Positions 52,293 to 64,000 of a DNA stretch of 64,000 nt are shown here, piece after piece. The position numbers and the translations under genes are program-made. Numbering within the stretch: the stretch's first letter is position 1; every line of letters starts with the position of its first letter. A model generated the notes under the pieces. That model was not told the origin of the DNA. It worked only from the letters and a program-made list of their open reading frames with translations, and searched no databases. Source of the DNA: Octopus sinensis (lineage: Eukaryota); the NCBI RefSeq assembly GCF_006345805.1, contig NC_043009.1, forward strand, positions 49,166,001 through 49,230,000, given 5' to 3'.

Positions 52293-53379
52293 GTGTGTAC
52301 GAGTGTAGAGGGTGATATGTTGTGGTGGTCGCGGAGATTTTGTTAACAGAACAGCTGTCTTAGACGATAAAAAAAACACACCGATATAGGGAAGCGGTTG
52401 ATGATGATGTTGATGATGATGATGATGATGATGATGAGATGATGATGATTATGATGATGTGGATGGTGGTGGTGGTGGTGGATTTGGATGTGGTGGTGGT
52501 TGTGGTTGTGGTTGTGGTTGTGGTGGTCTTTGTCTCAGTGGTAGCAGCGGTGATGCTAGTGGTGATGTTGTAGTAATGGTAGCTGTGGCTTTAGTGGTGG
52601 TGATAGTGGTGATGGTGGTGGCAGTGGCTTTAGTGGTGGTGGTGGTGGTGGTTTGCGCGGTTGGAAACTCTCGAGAACAGACGCTCTCGTCTTTTATAGA
52701 GATCTTATTGACTTTCTCAAGTATCATTTGCAAAACATGGTGAGAGTGAGAGAGAGAAAGAGAGAGAGAAAACAAGTGAGAGAGAGAGAGCGAGGGAGAG
52801 AGAGGGACGCCGTCTTGAAGTAAATATATTGAAATATATATAGAAGTGAGTTCCGAAAATGGAAAGAGTGGATGGATCGCTCTAAGTATACGCTTATAGG
52901 TCGTAGAACGATGATTGGTCTGGGCAATTGCCCTTGGCATTCAGAGTGATCTTGAGTCTTTGAGGTTCTTCCATTAACTTTAGATGACTTTAAATGTCAG
53001 AAGACCTACACCGTCGTCGTCATCATCATCATCATCAACAGCATCAGGAGCAACAGCAGCATTAATATCATCATTCGATTTTCCATGTAATCTCCCACCC
53101 TTTATCTGTGTCCTTGAAATTCTGCCACCCTGGTGACAAATAAAAGAATTTATTATTATGGTATCAATTATCTCCCTTACTCAAAATTCAGGCCTTGAGC
53201 TGACAAAATCGTTAGAATCTTCACTATTTCTATGTTCAAATACCACCATGATCAATTTTACCTTTCACCCTCTCGAGGTCGATAATAGTACCAGTAATGT
53301 ACAAGGGGCTGTATTATTGACTAAATCCCTATCCTTAAAAGCCTTGGCTTCGTACTAACATTCAAAGCTGCTATTATTA

Positions 53380-54290
53380 TTTGATGAAAAATCTCAGCTC
53401 ATTTTGCTGCGTATGACGGAAAGTGTCAGGTGTACACAGCCAGTAAACTTGTTTACTGATTATGCTTCTCAAGAATATAAGAGAATTATTGACCTCTATA
53501 TGTGACTCCAAGAAAATGAACATTGGAGTATCTGCACGCTGTACCTTAAAGAACAGCCGCAAGAGAGGTAAGCCCTGTTCATTGTGCAACAACATGAGTG
53601 AAGTGAATTCCATCAGAAATCATAACAAAAATGTTATGATTTATACAGAAGGCGGAACATGTAAAGATTCCCATTTGGTGTACGCTGCAGAATGCACAAA
53701 ACACAACTTACTTTATGTTGGTTGTACAACAGAACAATTAAACAAAATGTTTAATGGGCACAGATTCAACGTCAGGCACAATAACAGCAGTTCGACAGAA
53801 CTTGCTGAATATTTCGTTTCGAGAGGCTGCAATTTTGAAGAAGACTTGAAAGTGCATATTCCCAGAAAATATTCTGAATCTACTTCACTTTCACTTCTCA
53901 GAATGTATGAGGAGAAATATGTTTGCGGTTTATTAACATCACGCACGGGAGGAATGAATAAGATGACAGGAGAATATCATCAAATTTATACAAAACTGTT
54001 TGATTAAATATTCTTCTTTCTCTCTTTTTCTTTCCTTTTTTTCTGTCTTTTTCTTTTCGCCTGTTATGAAATTGTAACTTAAAAAATGATGATGTCATTC
54101 CATCAACGTGTGGACACTGGTTGCTCTCGTTCATACTTTACGTTTAAATTTCTGTAATTTTAAATTTTTATCGGTTCTTATTTTGAACTTAACAAAGACA
54201 GACATACTGTTGAAATATCGTTCAACTAATAAAATATCTTACAATCGAATCGCGCTCTTCGTCTTGATTGTTTACCTTTGTGAAGAGTTA
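53380..54290 (+). mobile_element. 5'-truncated Penelope-like element: GIY-YIG endonuclease plus 3' pLTR
   Basis: ORF 53462-54007 followed by a pyrimidine-rich 3' region with a decayed HHR at 54183-54225. Confidence 0.85.
53462..54007 (+). pseudogene. C-terminal GIY-YIG endonuclease domain of a PLE ORF (181-aa open remnant)
   Basis: KNIRELL linker, KPCSLC, TCKDSHLVYAAECTKHNLLYVGCT, FNGHR, YEEKYVCGLLTSRTGGMN. The expected catalytic Arg appears as Met (NKMFNGH); no RT upstream. Confidence 0.85.
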
Positions 54291-54318
54291 CGTCAATCCT
54301 TTTATTATTATCATCATC

Positions 54319-54365
<47 letters not shown>

Positions 54366-54407
54366 AATCACCACTACTACCACCACTACTACTACTATTA
54401 TTTTTCA

Positions 54408-54815
54408 AGGCAACGAACTGGCAGAATCGTTAGCACTCCGAGCGAAATGCTTAGCGGTATTTCGCCCGTCGCTACGTTCTGAGTTCAAATTCCGCCGAGG
54501 TTGACTTTGCCTTTCATCCTCTCGGAGTCGATAAATTAAGTACTAGTTACGCACTGGGGTCGATATAATCGACTTAATCCGTTTGTTTGTCCTTGTTTGT
54601 CCTCTCTGTGTTTAGCCCCTTGTGCGTAGTAAAGAAATAGGTATTTCGCCTGTCCTTACGTTCTGAGTTCAAATTCCGCCGAGTTCGACTTTGCGATTCA
54701 TCCTTTCATCCTTTCAGGATTGATAAACTAAGTATCAGTGAAACACTGGGGTCGATGTAATCAACTAGTCCTCCTTCCCCCAAAACTTCAGGCCTTGTGC
54801 CTTTAGTAGAAAGGA
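54408..54815 (+). mobile_element. Two tandem SINE family B copies
   Basis: Head at 54408, second central block at ~54645-54815. Confidence 0.85.
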
Positions 54816-54961
54816 TTCTTCCTCTTCTAATTGTTTTTGTTGTTGTTGTGCAGCTGCAGTTTTACTTCTCAGAGCGCTTGGTCTTGTTTGTTCTGGTAGA
54901 TTCTGTGAGATTGGACAGCAGCCTGCTGTCAGAGGTCTCACTGGATGTCTTTCCACACATG

Positions 54962-55341
54962 GAAGCACTCCGTCGGTCACGACGACGAGGGTTCCGGTTG
55001 ACCGAATCAACGGAACAGCCTGCTCGTGAAATTAACGTGTAAGTGGCTGAGCACTTCACAGACACGTGTACCCTTAACGTAGTTCTCGGGGATATTCAGC
55101 GTGACACAGAGAGTGACAAGGCCGGCCCTTTGAAATACAGGTACAACAGAAACAGGAAGTAAGAGTGAGAGAGAGTTGTGGTGAAAGAGTACAGCAGGGA
55201 TCACCACCATCCCCTGCCGGAGCCTCGTGGAGCTTTAGGTGTTTTCGCTCAATAAACACTCACAACGCCCGGTCTGGGAATCGAAACCGCGATCCTATGA
55301 CCGCGAGTCCGCTGCCCTAACCACTGGGCCATTGCGCCTCC
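54962..55341 (-). mobile_element. SINE with a family C-type tRNA head and a different 3' half
   Basis: Reverse complement starts ggaggcgcaatggcccagtggttagggcagcggactcgcggtc. Confidence 0.85.
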
Positions 55342-55863
55342 TTTCCACACATAATAAGCTTTGATACTTGGTTATTAATTATCGTGAGACACATTCAACA
55401 TCCAAGTACCAATCTCAAAATCTTAGCCGTCCCCAGCAGAGCAGTTTTTGGGGTTTGCTCTGTTCTCATGTCAATTCCGACTTCTTCGACATATTTCTCG
55501 AACTTGGTTCTTAGTGCTCCGAGTGCCCCTACAACTACTGGAATGACAGACACTCTTCTCATAGTCCACATACTTACAATTTCGTCTTTTAGTAGTCTGT
55601 ACTTTTCAATATTTTCCAGTTCTTTGTCACTTATGCGTGCATCTCCAGATATTGCAATATCTATAATCTCGGCTTCCTTTCTTTTCTCCTCTATCTACCA
55701 CATCAATATCTGGTCTTCGAGCCTCGATTAGGGAGTCACATTTGATTGTAAAATCCCACAGTATCTTATATTCCCTTGTTCTCGGTGACTCCTTCTTACT
55801 GATGTTCGTGTTATTTCTGTGCTCTGTTCAGGCTGATTGTTTCGTTTCTACTGCCACAGATCC

Positions 55864-56283
55864 ATAGGCGTAGGAGAGGATGTGTGGTAAGTAGCTTGCT
55901 TACCAACCACATGGTTCCGGGTTCAGTCCCACTGCGTGGCACCCTGGGCAAGTCTCGTCTACTATAGCCTCGGGCCGACCAAAGCCTTGTGAGTGGATTT
56001 AGTAGACGGAAACTGAAAGAAGTCCGTCGTATATATGCATATATATGTATATATGTAAGTGTGTGTATATATGTTTGTGTGTCTGTGTTTGTCGCCCCAT
56101 CATTGCTTGACAACCGATGCTGATGTGCTTACCTCCCCGTAACTTAGCGGTTTGGCAAAAGGGACCGATAGAATAAGTACTAGGCTTACAAAGAATAAGT
56201 CCTGGAGTCGACCTGATCGACTAAAGGCGGTGCTCCAGCATGGCCACAGTCAAATGACTGAAACAAATAAAAGAGTAAAAGAG
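55864..56283 (+). mobile_element. SINE family A, full length, 6-bp TSD
   Basis: agatcc at 55858-55863 and 56282-56287; removing it restores CRICGSR on the minus strand. Confidence 0.9.
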
Positions 56284-56353
56284 ATCCTACAAACGGGCGA
56301 TTTGCTTCTCTTATCTATTTGGAACTTAGCGTAATTAGTTCTCAGAACTAATC

Positions 56354-56758
56354 GAGTGGCTGTGTGGTAAGTAGCTTGTTTACATACCACATGGTTCCGG
56401 GTTCAGTCCCACTGCGTGGCACCTTGGGCAAGTGTCTTCTACTATAGCCTCGGGCCGACCAAAGCCTTGTGAGTGGATTTGGTAGACGGAAACTGAAAGA
56501 AGCCCGTCGTATATATGTATATATGTATATGTGTGCGTGGGTGTTTGTGTGTTTGTGTTTGTTCCCCTAGCATTGCTTGACAACCGATGCTGGTGTGTTT
56601 ATGTCCCCGTTACTTAGCGGTTCGGCAAAAGAGACCGATAGAATAAGTACTGGGCTTACAAAAGAATAAGTCCCGGGGTCGAGTTGCTCGATTAAAGGCG
56701 GTGCTCCAGCATGGCCGCAGTCAAATGACTGAAACAAGTAAAAGAGTATAAAAGAGTA
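56354..56758 (+). mobile_element. SINE family A
   Basis: Nearly full-length copy inside the R4 relic. Confidence 0.9.
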
Positions 56759-57294
56759 TAATACTTCAGTGCATCCTTTTTTAGATCACTTAGATCACTT
56801 CTTAGTCGTGTCCAATTGTTGGTCTCGTCTTTTCCTTCGATTCCCGTGGTTTTGCCCATGCAGCGATTTCATTTTCCAATTGTTTTCTCTTACTCCTTCA
56901 TCTCGTTTCTAAGCTGTTTGTGGGTGCATCACATATTCGGCAGGTATTGTATTGTTCATACAAAACAAGCAGCAAGCAAGGCTTCACTCTGCTGTTTGAT
57001 GTACCACCTCAGACTGTTCTTGTCGTTGACAACGCAGATCTTGCATCCTAGGAGGCCTCTTCTTCTTCTTCTGTTCCTAGACACATACAGCCTGTCAGTA
57101 TCGCTTTTGGGTGTAGTTCTTTGTTGTCATCACTTTTCTGGTTTTCCTGTCAATTTCCTCCAGTTCGTTCTTTGTCTGCCTAATAACACCTGCATTAAAG
57201 AAACAACCCATGTGTTCATTGCCCTGATCTTATTTTTTTTCATTAAACCTACTTCCCTTTATTATTATTATCATCATCATCATCATCATCATCA

Positions 57295-57367
<73 letters not shown>

Positions 57368-57384
57368 CATTATTATTATTATTA

Positions 57385-57418
<34 letters not shown>

Positions 57419-57466
57419 TCATTATTATTATTATTATTATTATCATTATTATTATCATTATTATTA

Positions 57467-57507
<41 letters not shown>

Positions 57508-57542
57508 CATTATTATTATTATTATTATTATCATTATTATTA

Positions 57543-57580
<38 letters not shown>

Positions 57581-57583
<3 letters not shown>

Positions 57584-57680
57584 GAGTGAGAGAGCAGTTC
57601 ATGCCATCAAAGTGACACTGGGGTAAAATATATGAAGCCCAATATACCCATCATGACTACTCGTCTGATAAAGGTACACC
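57581..57680 (-). mobile_element. Retroposon family G, 3' fragment embedded in (TTA)n
   Basis: Matches 28669-28775; (TTA)n at ~57260-57580 and 57681-57850. Confidence 0.75.
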
Positions 57681-57707
57681 TATTATTATTATTATTATTA
57701 TTATTAC

Positions 57708-57842
<135 letters not shown>

Positions 57843-57852
57843 CATTATTATT

Positions 57853-58050
57853 TAAGGCTGGCAGAATCGTTTGCACGCTAGGCAAGATGTTTAGCGGTAT
57901 TTCACCTGTCTTTGCGTTCTGAGTTCAAATTCCACCGAGGTCAAATTTGTCTTTCAGCCTTTCGGGGTCAATAAAGTAACAGTTGAACACTGGGGTCGAT
58001 GTAATCGACTTAACCCCTTGCCCCAACATTGCTGGCCTTGGACCAGTTTT
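57853..58050 (+). mobile_element. SINE family B variant
   Basis: aaggctggcagaatcgtt head and central block. Confidence 0.8.
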
Positions 58051-58406
58051 TGATCCGATCTTTATTGTTATTATTGGGGTTTTTTTGTTGCTATCGTTGT
58101 TGTTATAAATGCGGTATATTAGCAGAATTATTAGAACGCTGGACAAAATGTTTTGTAGTATTTGTTCCGGCTCTTAACATTCCGAGTTCAAATCCTGCCG
58201 AGGTCAATCTAATCATTTACTCCGCCGGAGTCCTTCAAATGTTGTATCAATCAAGTACCGGGGTTGATTTAATCAACTGAATTGCTCCCTTCAAATTGGT
58301 TCATCCTGTGTCTAGTTCAAAAACCAGCATCATCAGCACCATCATAATCATAATCACCATCACCATCTTCAGCACCGCCACCATTACTATCTTCATCAAG
58401 ATCACC

Positions 58407-58438
<32 letters not shown>

Positions 58439-58520
58439 CATCGTCATTATCATTGTATTTTCTTTCTCTGTTCAACATCAACATTCTCATCATTTCCACC
58501 CACTTCACATCATCACCTTT

Positions 58521-58585
<65 letters not shown>

Positions 58586-58822
58586 CATTATCATCATCAT
58601 CATCATAATTATCAGCAACAACGTCATCATCGTCATCATCAGCAACAACGTCATCATCATCATCATCATCATCATCATTCTTATCTCCATTACCTTCAGT
58701 GATTTAATTTTCATTCCTTCTCGAACTTTTTTCATTGTTAACCACAATGGTTTTTGTCTAGAAAAATTAACTGACTCATTCTCCCTCTCTACCTGCCCCT
58801 TCACTCCCTCTTGCTTTCTCTC

Positions 58823-58859
<37 letters not shown>

Positions 58860-59455
58860 CACCTCCACTCTACTTCCCTAACGATGTCTGTCAAAACATC
58901 AACCTACATCAACCCAAATTCCTTCTTTCTTTTTCCTTTCCTTCTTTTGTTTTTAATATTTATTTTCGTATCAGTCAGTGAAATTCCGTTGCCCCAGAAT
59001 TGTTTTTGCTGTTGTTGTTGTTGCTTTTATCTTTTAGATTACAACAAGTTAGGCTATTTCATGTGGGCGTCCTTCGTATCGCTCACACCCCTAACAGACG
59101 ATTTAAGCCGTTAACTTATTAGGATCAGAGTCAGAATAATTCTAGTTGATGAGATGCTTGTTTCTGATTTCAAGTTTTACTCCTACTTTCTGCATCTTTT
59201 TTCTGGGTTTTTTTTTAATTTTAATTATTTTACTTTTGAGAGTTCTTGAATCTGCCACATCCAGTTTGGCGTTGGATGGATGGCCTTAAGAATTTTGGTT
59301 GGGATTGACGTGATTAACATAGGTTGTATTTTATAACAAGGGCATCCTTCAAGCGACCAATCTTTAAGCCTTTGTTTCAGATTTGAGTGATTACTTTAAA
59401 CAAACCACGCATACACACACAAACACACACACATATACATACATACATACATACA

Positions 59456-59489
<34 letters not shown>

Positions 59490-59754
59490 CATACATACAT
59501 ACATACATACATACATAATACACACATTATGTAACACACTAAGTACTAATCTTGAGAAATTAGGCTTCTCAAAATCAGAATGGAGAAAGTTGATTCGAAG
59601 ACTACAGATCCAAGACATTACTGCAACTGTAAAAATCTGTAAAACTTTCCAGAAGTAAATATGAGCATGTCTAGACATGAAACTATATGCATTAAAATAT
59701 ATACATAAAACAAAATTTACAAATCTACACACACATACATACATACTACATACA

Positions 59755-59788
<34 letters not shown>

Positions 59789-59808
59789 CATACATGTATA
59801 CATACATC

Positions 59809-60004
59809 CAGTACACACGTTTTTTTCTCTCCTTTCTTTCTGTTTTCCTTTCTGTGGAAGAGCGTAGGTTCGAAACGTTATACTAATACATCTGAGCGTT
59901 ATACTAATACATCTGAGCGTTATACTAAAACATCTGTTTCCTGAGCTTTATACTAATACATCTGTCTTCGTCTTTTGCTTTTTTTTTTTCGTGAATTCTC
60001 CCCC
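59809..60004 (+). mobile_element. Short PLE-derived unit with a degenerate HHR and internal 21-bp tandem repeats
   Basis: CUGUGGA-A-GAGC-GUAG-GUUC-GAAAC-GUU at 59852-59879, then gttatactaatacatctgagc twice plus variants. Confidence 0.7.
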
Positions 60005-60131
60005 TATACATACATGTATACAAAAATACAGTGTTGATGTTAAAATTCCAATGAAGCATCCTTGGATCTTGTTTAGAAGCCAACTCTTTCTCCATTGGCA
60101 CGAAACCGCAGAATAGAACCAAATAACGGCA

Positions 60132-60990
60132 AACATACATATACACATACATACATACATGCATACATACATGAATACATACATACATACACACATGCAT
60201 ACATGCATAACTGCATACATGCATACATGCATACATGCATACATGCATACATACATACGTACATGTATACACACCTGCATACATGCATACATACATACGT
60301 ACATGTATACATGCATACATGCATACATGCATACATACATGCATACATACATACATATATGCATACATACATGCATACATAGATACATATATGCATACAT
60401 GTATACATGCATACATACATGCATACATACATGCATACATACATACATATATGCATACATACATGCATACATAGATACATATATGCATACATGCATACAT
60501 GCATACATACATGCATACATACATACATATATGCATACATGCATACATACATGCATGCATACATACATACATGCATTCATGCATACATACATACACGCAT
60601 GTATACATACATACATACAAACATACATACATACATACATGCATACATACATACATGCATGCATACATGCATACATACATGCATACATACATACAAACAT
60701 ACATACATACATACATGCATACATACATACATGCATGCATACATGCATACATACATACATACATACAAACATACATACATACATACATACATACATGCAT
60801 ACATACATACAAACATACATACATACATACATGCATACATACATACATACATACATACAAACATACATACATACATACATACATACATGCATACATACAT
60901 ATATGCATGCATGCATGCATACATACATACACACATGCATACATGCATACATACATACATACATACATACATACATACATACATACATAC
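60132..60990. repeat. (TACA)n/(TGCA) compound microsatellite array
   Basis: About 860 bp; source of the long MYVC/HTYI ORFs. Confidence 0.95.
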
Positions 60991-61458
60991 GGAAAAACCC
61001 TCACACGATGAATATGTCTGGTACCAACGATGCACGCGTACAGAGTGCAAACTGAACATGTATATATGCATAGCCAATATACATACGTGTTAACGTCCCC
61101 AGATGATGTAGGCTTGGCTATTTTGGTTAGAATTAGAATAAACAACAGAAAATGGATCATACATAGAGTTTTAGTAAAAGATTTATCTTATACAAGAGTT
61201 GTACAAACGCCTGAACTTCTTGATTCAGAAAAAAAAGACAACGCCAGAAATGAGGGCTGTAGAAACAGAAGCAGTTATGGTAGTGCCGTAGCATGGCCAC
61301 AGTCGATGGTTGAGACAAGTAAGAGAGTTGAAGAGTAAAAGCGTAAAATCGGTAACGTTAGGTTCGATACCCAGGATGGGATTGCTTCCTGTTTCCTAAA
61401 TTGTTTTTTGTAACAGCGTGATATCTGGCTTACCTCATGGTTTTCACACATATACATA

Positions 61459-61531
<73 letters not shown>

Positions 61532-61840
61532 CACACACTCGCACACACACACTGATACACACTCAGACATAAAATCACACACATGCAAGAGAAAGGTGAG
61601 CACTTAAATCATTTACATCATATATGTGTGTGTATACATTTTAGGTTTGTGTGTGTGTGTACATATGTGCTTGGAAGCATATGTGAGTGTACGTGTGTGT
61701 ACCTGCTTGCATGAGCATTCGTATATGTGTATGTACGTTAACAAATGCACCCTGCTAAATAAGATAAAGAAAATGCGTGTGTATATACAAACACTCTTAT
61801 ATACATTCATACATGTACACTCATCCACAGACACGCAGAC

Positions 61841-61875
<35 letters not shown>

Positions 61876-61998
61876 AGTATATGTATATATATATATATTA
61901 CATATATATATAGTATATGTATATGTATATATACATATATATAAGTATATGTGTATGTATATAAATATATATATATATATATATGCAAAAATGTACAT

Positions 61999-62040
<42 letters not shown>

Positions 62041-62041
62041 G

Positions 62042-62100
<59 letters not shown>

Positions 62101-62111
62101 TATATAGATAT

Positions 62112-62158
<47 letters not shown>

Positions 62159-62783
62159 CATATACATACATACACAGAAAGCCGGATACACAATCAGATA
62201 TATTTCATGTAAGCATATTTTTTTTTTAAATGAAAATCTTCGAGAGCTTCAAGAGGAAAATACAAACCAGATGTGAATTAAGTTACGACGGTGTTTCCTT
62301 TCTGTATTTGTGTAGATCAGATCTTTAATTTAGAATATAAACTGATCTATTTATTTAGATCTCTTATGCTATGGTTGCAAGTTTTGCCTCCCCCACCCCA
62401 CCCCCACCCGTCTTTTTTTGGGGGGGGTTTTGTTGTTTTTTAGTTTGTATTATTTGTCTCTCTTTTTTCTTTCAGCTGCTCTCGTTGGCTAACATTTTTT
62501 TTTTCCTTGGTCATATTTTTTTTTTCTGGCAACACGAGAAGCACTTGTGGTTTGTGTGTGTGTGTGTGTGTGGTTGTGTGTGTGTGTGTGTGTGCGTGTG
62601 AGTGTGTGTGTGTTTATGTGTTTGTCATGTATGTGTGATGTATGTGCATTTGTGTACGACTGTGTTTTCGACAAATATATGATATGCATATATATATATA
62701 TTGTATATTTATATGCATATATATATACACACATATATATATACATATGAAATTATATATTATATATATATATATAAAATTAC

Positions 62784-62814
<31 letters not shown>

Positions 62815-63230
62815 GTATGTATAATACATTAATACATTTATATATATATATATTTATATATCATATCTGGGTGGGTCGGGGGTGAAATAAATCATACTTA
62901 GTGGCCGAATGTTTCGGTCTCTCGGACCTGTCAAACGATTAATAAATTTTAACAGTTTTCTTGAATTAAACTTCCCGAAAGTGCATATGCGGTTAATCAT
63001 TGTAAGATCATGATTTATTTAGAAATAAGGAGTTTCTAAAATAAACGGATATTTTTTTGTAAATACACAGATATGCAGATATCAGAGCTCGTTGGGGGAA
63101 TATAAATTGACATAACATGCGATCATAGCGGACAGATTGTAAATGAAACGAGGTAACTGAAGGAATACGATTAGTTTTGTTTTCCATTGATATCAATCAA
63201 TCTGTCTATTGCAAATACACACACACACAC

Positions 63231-63342
<112 letters not shown>

Positions 63343-63348
63343 TATATA

Positions 63349-63727
63349 TAGGAGCAGGCGTGGCTGTGTGGTAAGAGCTTGCTTCCCAACCATGTCGTTC
63401 CGGGTTCTGTCGCACTGCGTGGCACCCTGGGCAAGTATCTTCTACTATAGCCTCGGGCTGACCAAAGCCTTGTCAGTGAATTTGTTAGGCAGAAACCGAA
63501 AGAAGCTTGTTGTATATATATATATTTCAAAATGTGACCGCGTGTGTACCGTTAGCGATTTTTTTCCCTCCGTCTTCATTTCTTTGGGTCTTTCCTTTTC
63601 CTATGTTTCTGACGAAGAGCTCCGCTCGAAACGTTAAACCCTCCTTCTTTCGTGAGCGTCCAAAAATACTATACTTGTTCCATGTCCTCGCGTTGCTGTG
63701 TTTTCTCTTTGTGTTTTCATGTTTGGA

Positions 63728-63812
<85 letters not shown>

Positions 63813-64000
63813 GGGGGGGATCTATACATATGTGTGTATCCTTTTTTGTCTGTATTTGTTCCCCCCCCCCTCATCACCGCTTGACAACCGGTGTTGATTT
63901 GTCTACGTTCCCGTAACCTTGGGGATTGGCAAAAGAAACCGATAGAATAAGTATTAGGCTTTAAAAAAATAAGTTCTGGAGTCAGTTTGTTCGACAAAAT
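63349..64000 (+). mobile_element. SINE family A split by an HHR-bearing insertion
   Basis: 5' half 63349-63512, (TA)n, insert 63526-63731, (TA)n, then the 3' half from ~63840. Confidence 0.85.
63605..63639 (+). ncRNA. Minimal type I hammerhead ribozyme motif, intact core
   Basis: GUUU-CUGACGA-A-GAGC-UCC-GCUC-GAAAC-GUU/AAAC; predicted cleavage after U63635; palindromic ACGU stem III. Confidence 0.75.

Larger units (their letters stand above)
55364..57240 (-). mobile_element. R4/Dong-type LINE relic (thumb, CCHC knuckle, RLE endonuclease, 3' end) interrupted by two family A SINEs
   Basis: Relic frames ELEEIDRKTRKVMT, LRTNYAKFQIDKRSKSPVCR/ICGSRNETI, LWDFTIKCDSLIEARRPDI, IIDIAISGD...EKIEKY, VIPVVVGALG, KTALLGTAKILR. 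Confidence 0.85.

Noticed and set aside
53462-54007. Selenoprotein-type (UGA-recoded) PLE, or a domesticated nuclease gene
   Set aside because: No in-frame TGA; the expected catalytic Arg and one His appear substituted, the ATG lies inside a linker motif, and the downstream HHR is decayed, all pointing to a dead fragment.
54845-54960. Possible RTE-like LINE fragment on the minus strand (HPVRPLTAGCCPISQNL)
   Set aside because: Too short and diverged to support without alignment.
34700-57240. The two R4 relics as halves of one split element
   Set aside because: Both contain the thumb region, and their order is wrong for a single minus-strand element.
59925-61160. 411-aa ORF and other long ORFs such as 3658-4602, 5018-6118 and 33079-33773
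   Set aside because: Translations of (TACA)n, (TA)n, (GT)n and (GATA)n microsatellites; no protein features.

Overview
AT-rich, repeat-saturated eukaryotic DNA with no recognisable host gene. The SINE families and microsatellite load look like an octopus (coleoid cephalopod) intergenic or intronic region; this is recognition from memory, not a database match. The window holds dozens of tRNA-derived SINE copies (called A-E and G here), four Tc1/mariner relics plus one mariner-derived palindrome, a CR1-type LINE, two R4/Dong-type LINE fragments, a 136-bp tandem array and many microsatellites. Nearly all ORFs in the track are microsatellite or SINE artefacts. The most notable signal is a set of minimal type I hammerhead ribozyme (HHR) motifs in short Penelope-like-element (PLE) derived units, mostly sitting in or beside (TA)n tracts. 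One has an intact core at 63605-63639. A ~590-bp foldback at 30843-31435 carries one HHR in each arm, with a 43-nt loop II. Three copies share a U at core position 6. A transition-decayed HHR lies just downstream of a PLE GIY-YIG endonuclease ORF (53462-54007), tying the motifs to their likely parent element. Several long inverted repeats and two complex rearrangements at the 5' end of an R4 element are also present. No self-cleavage or expression is shown; all ribozyme calls are by-eye structural assignments.
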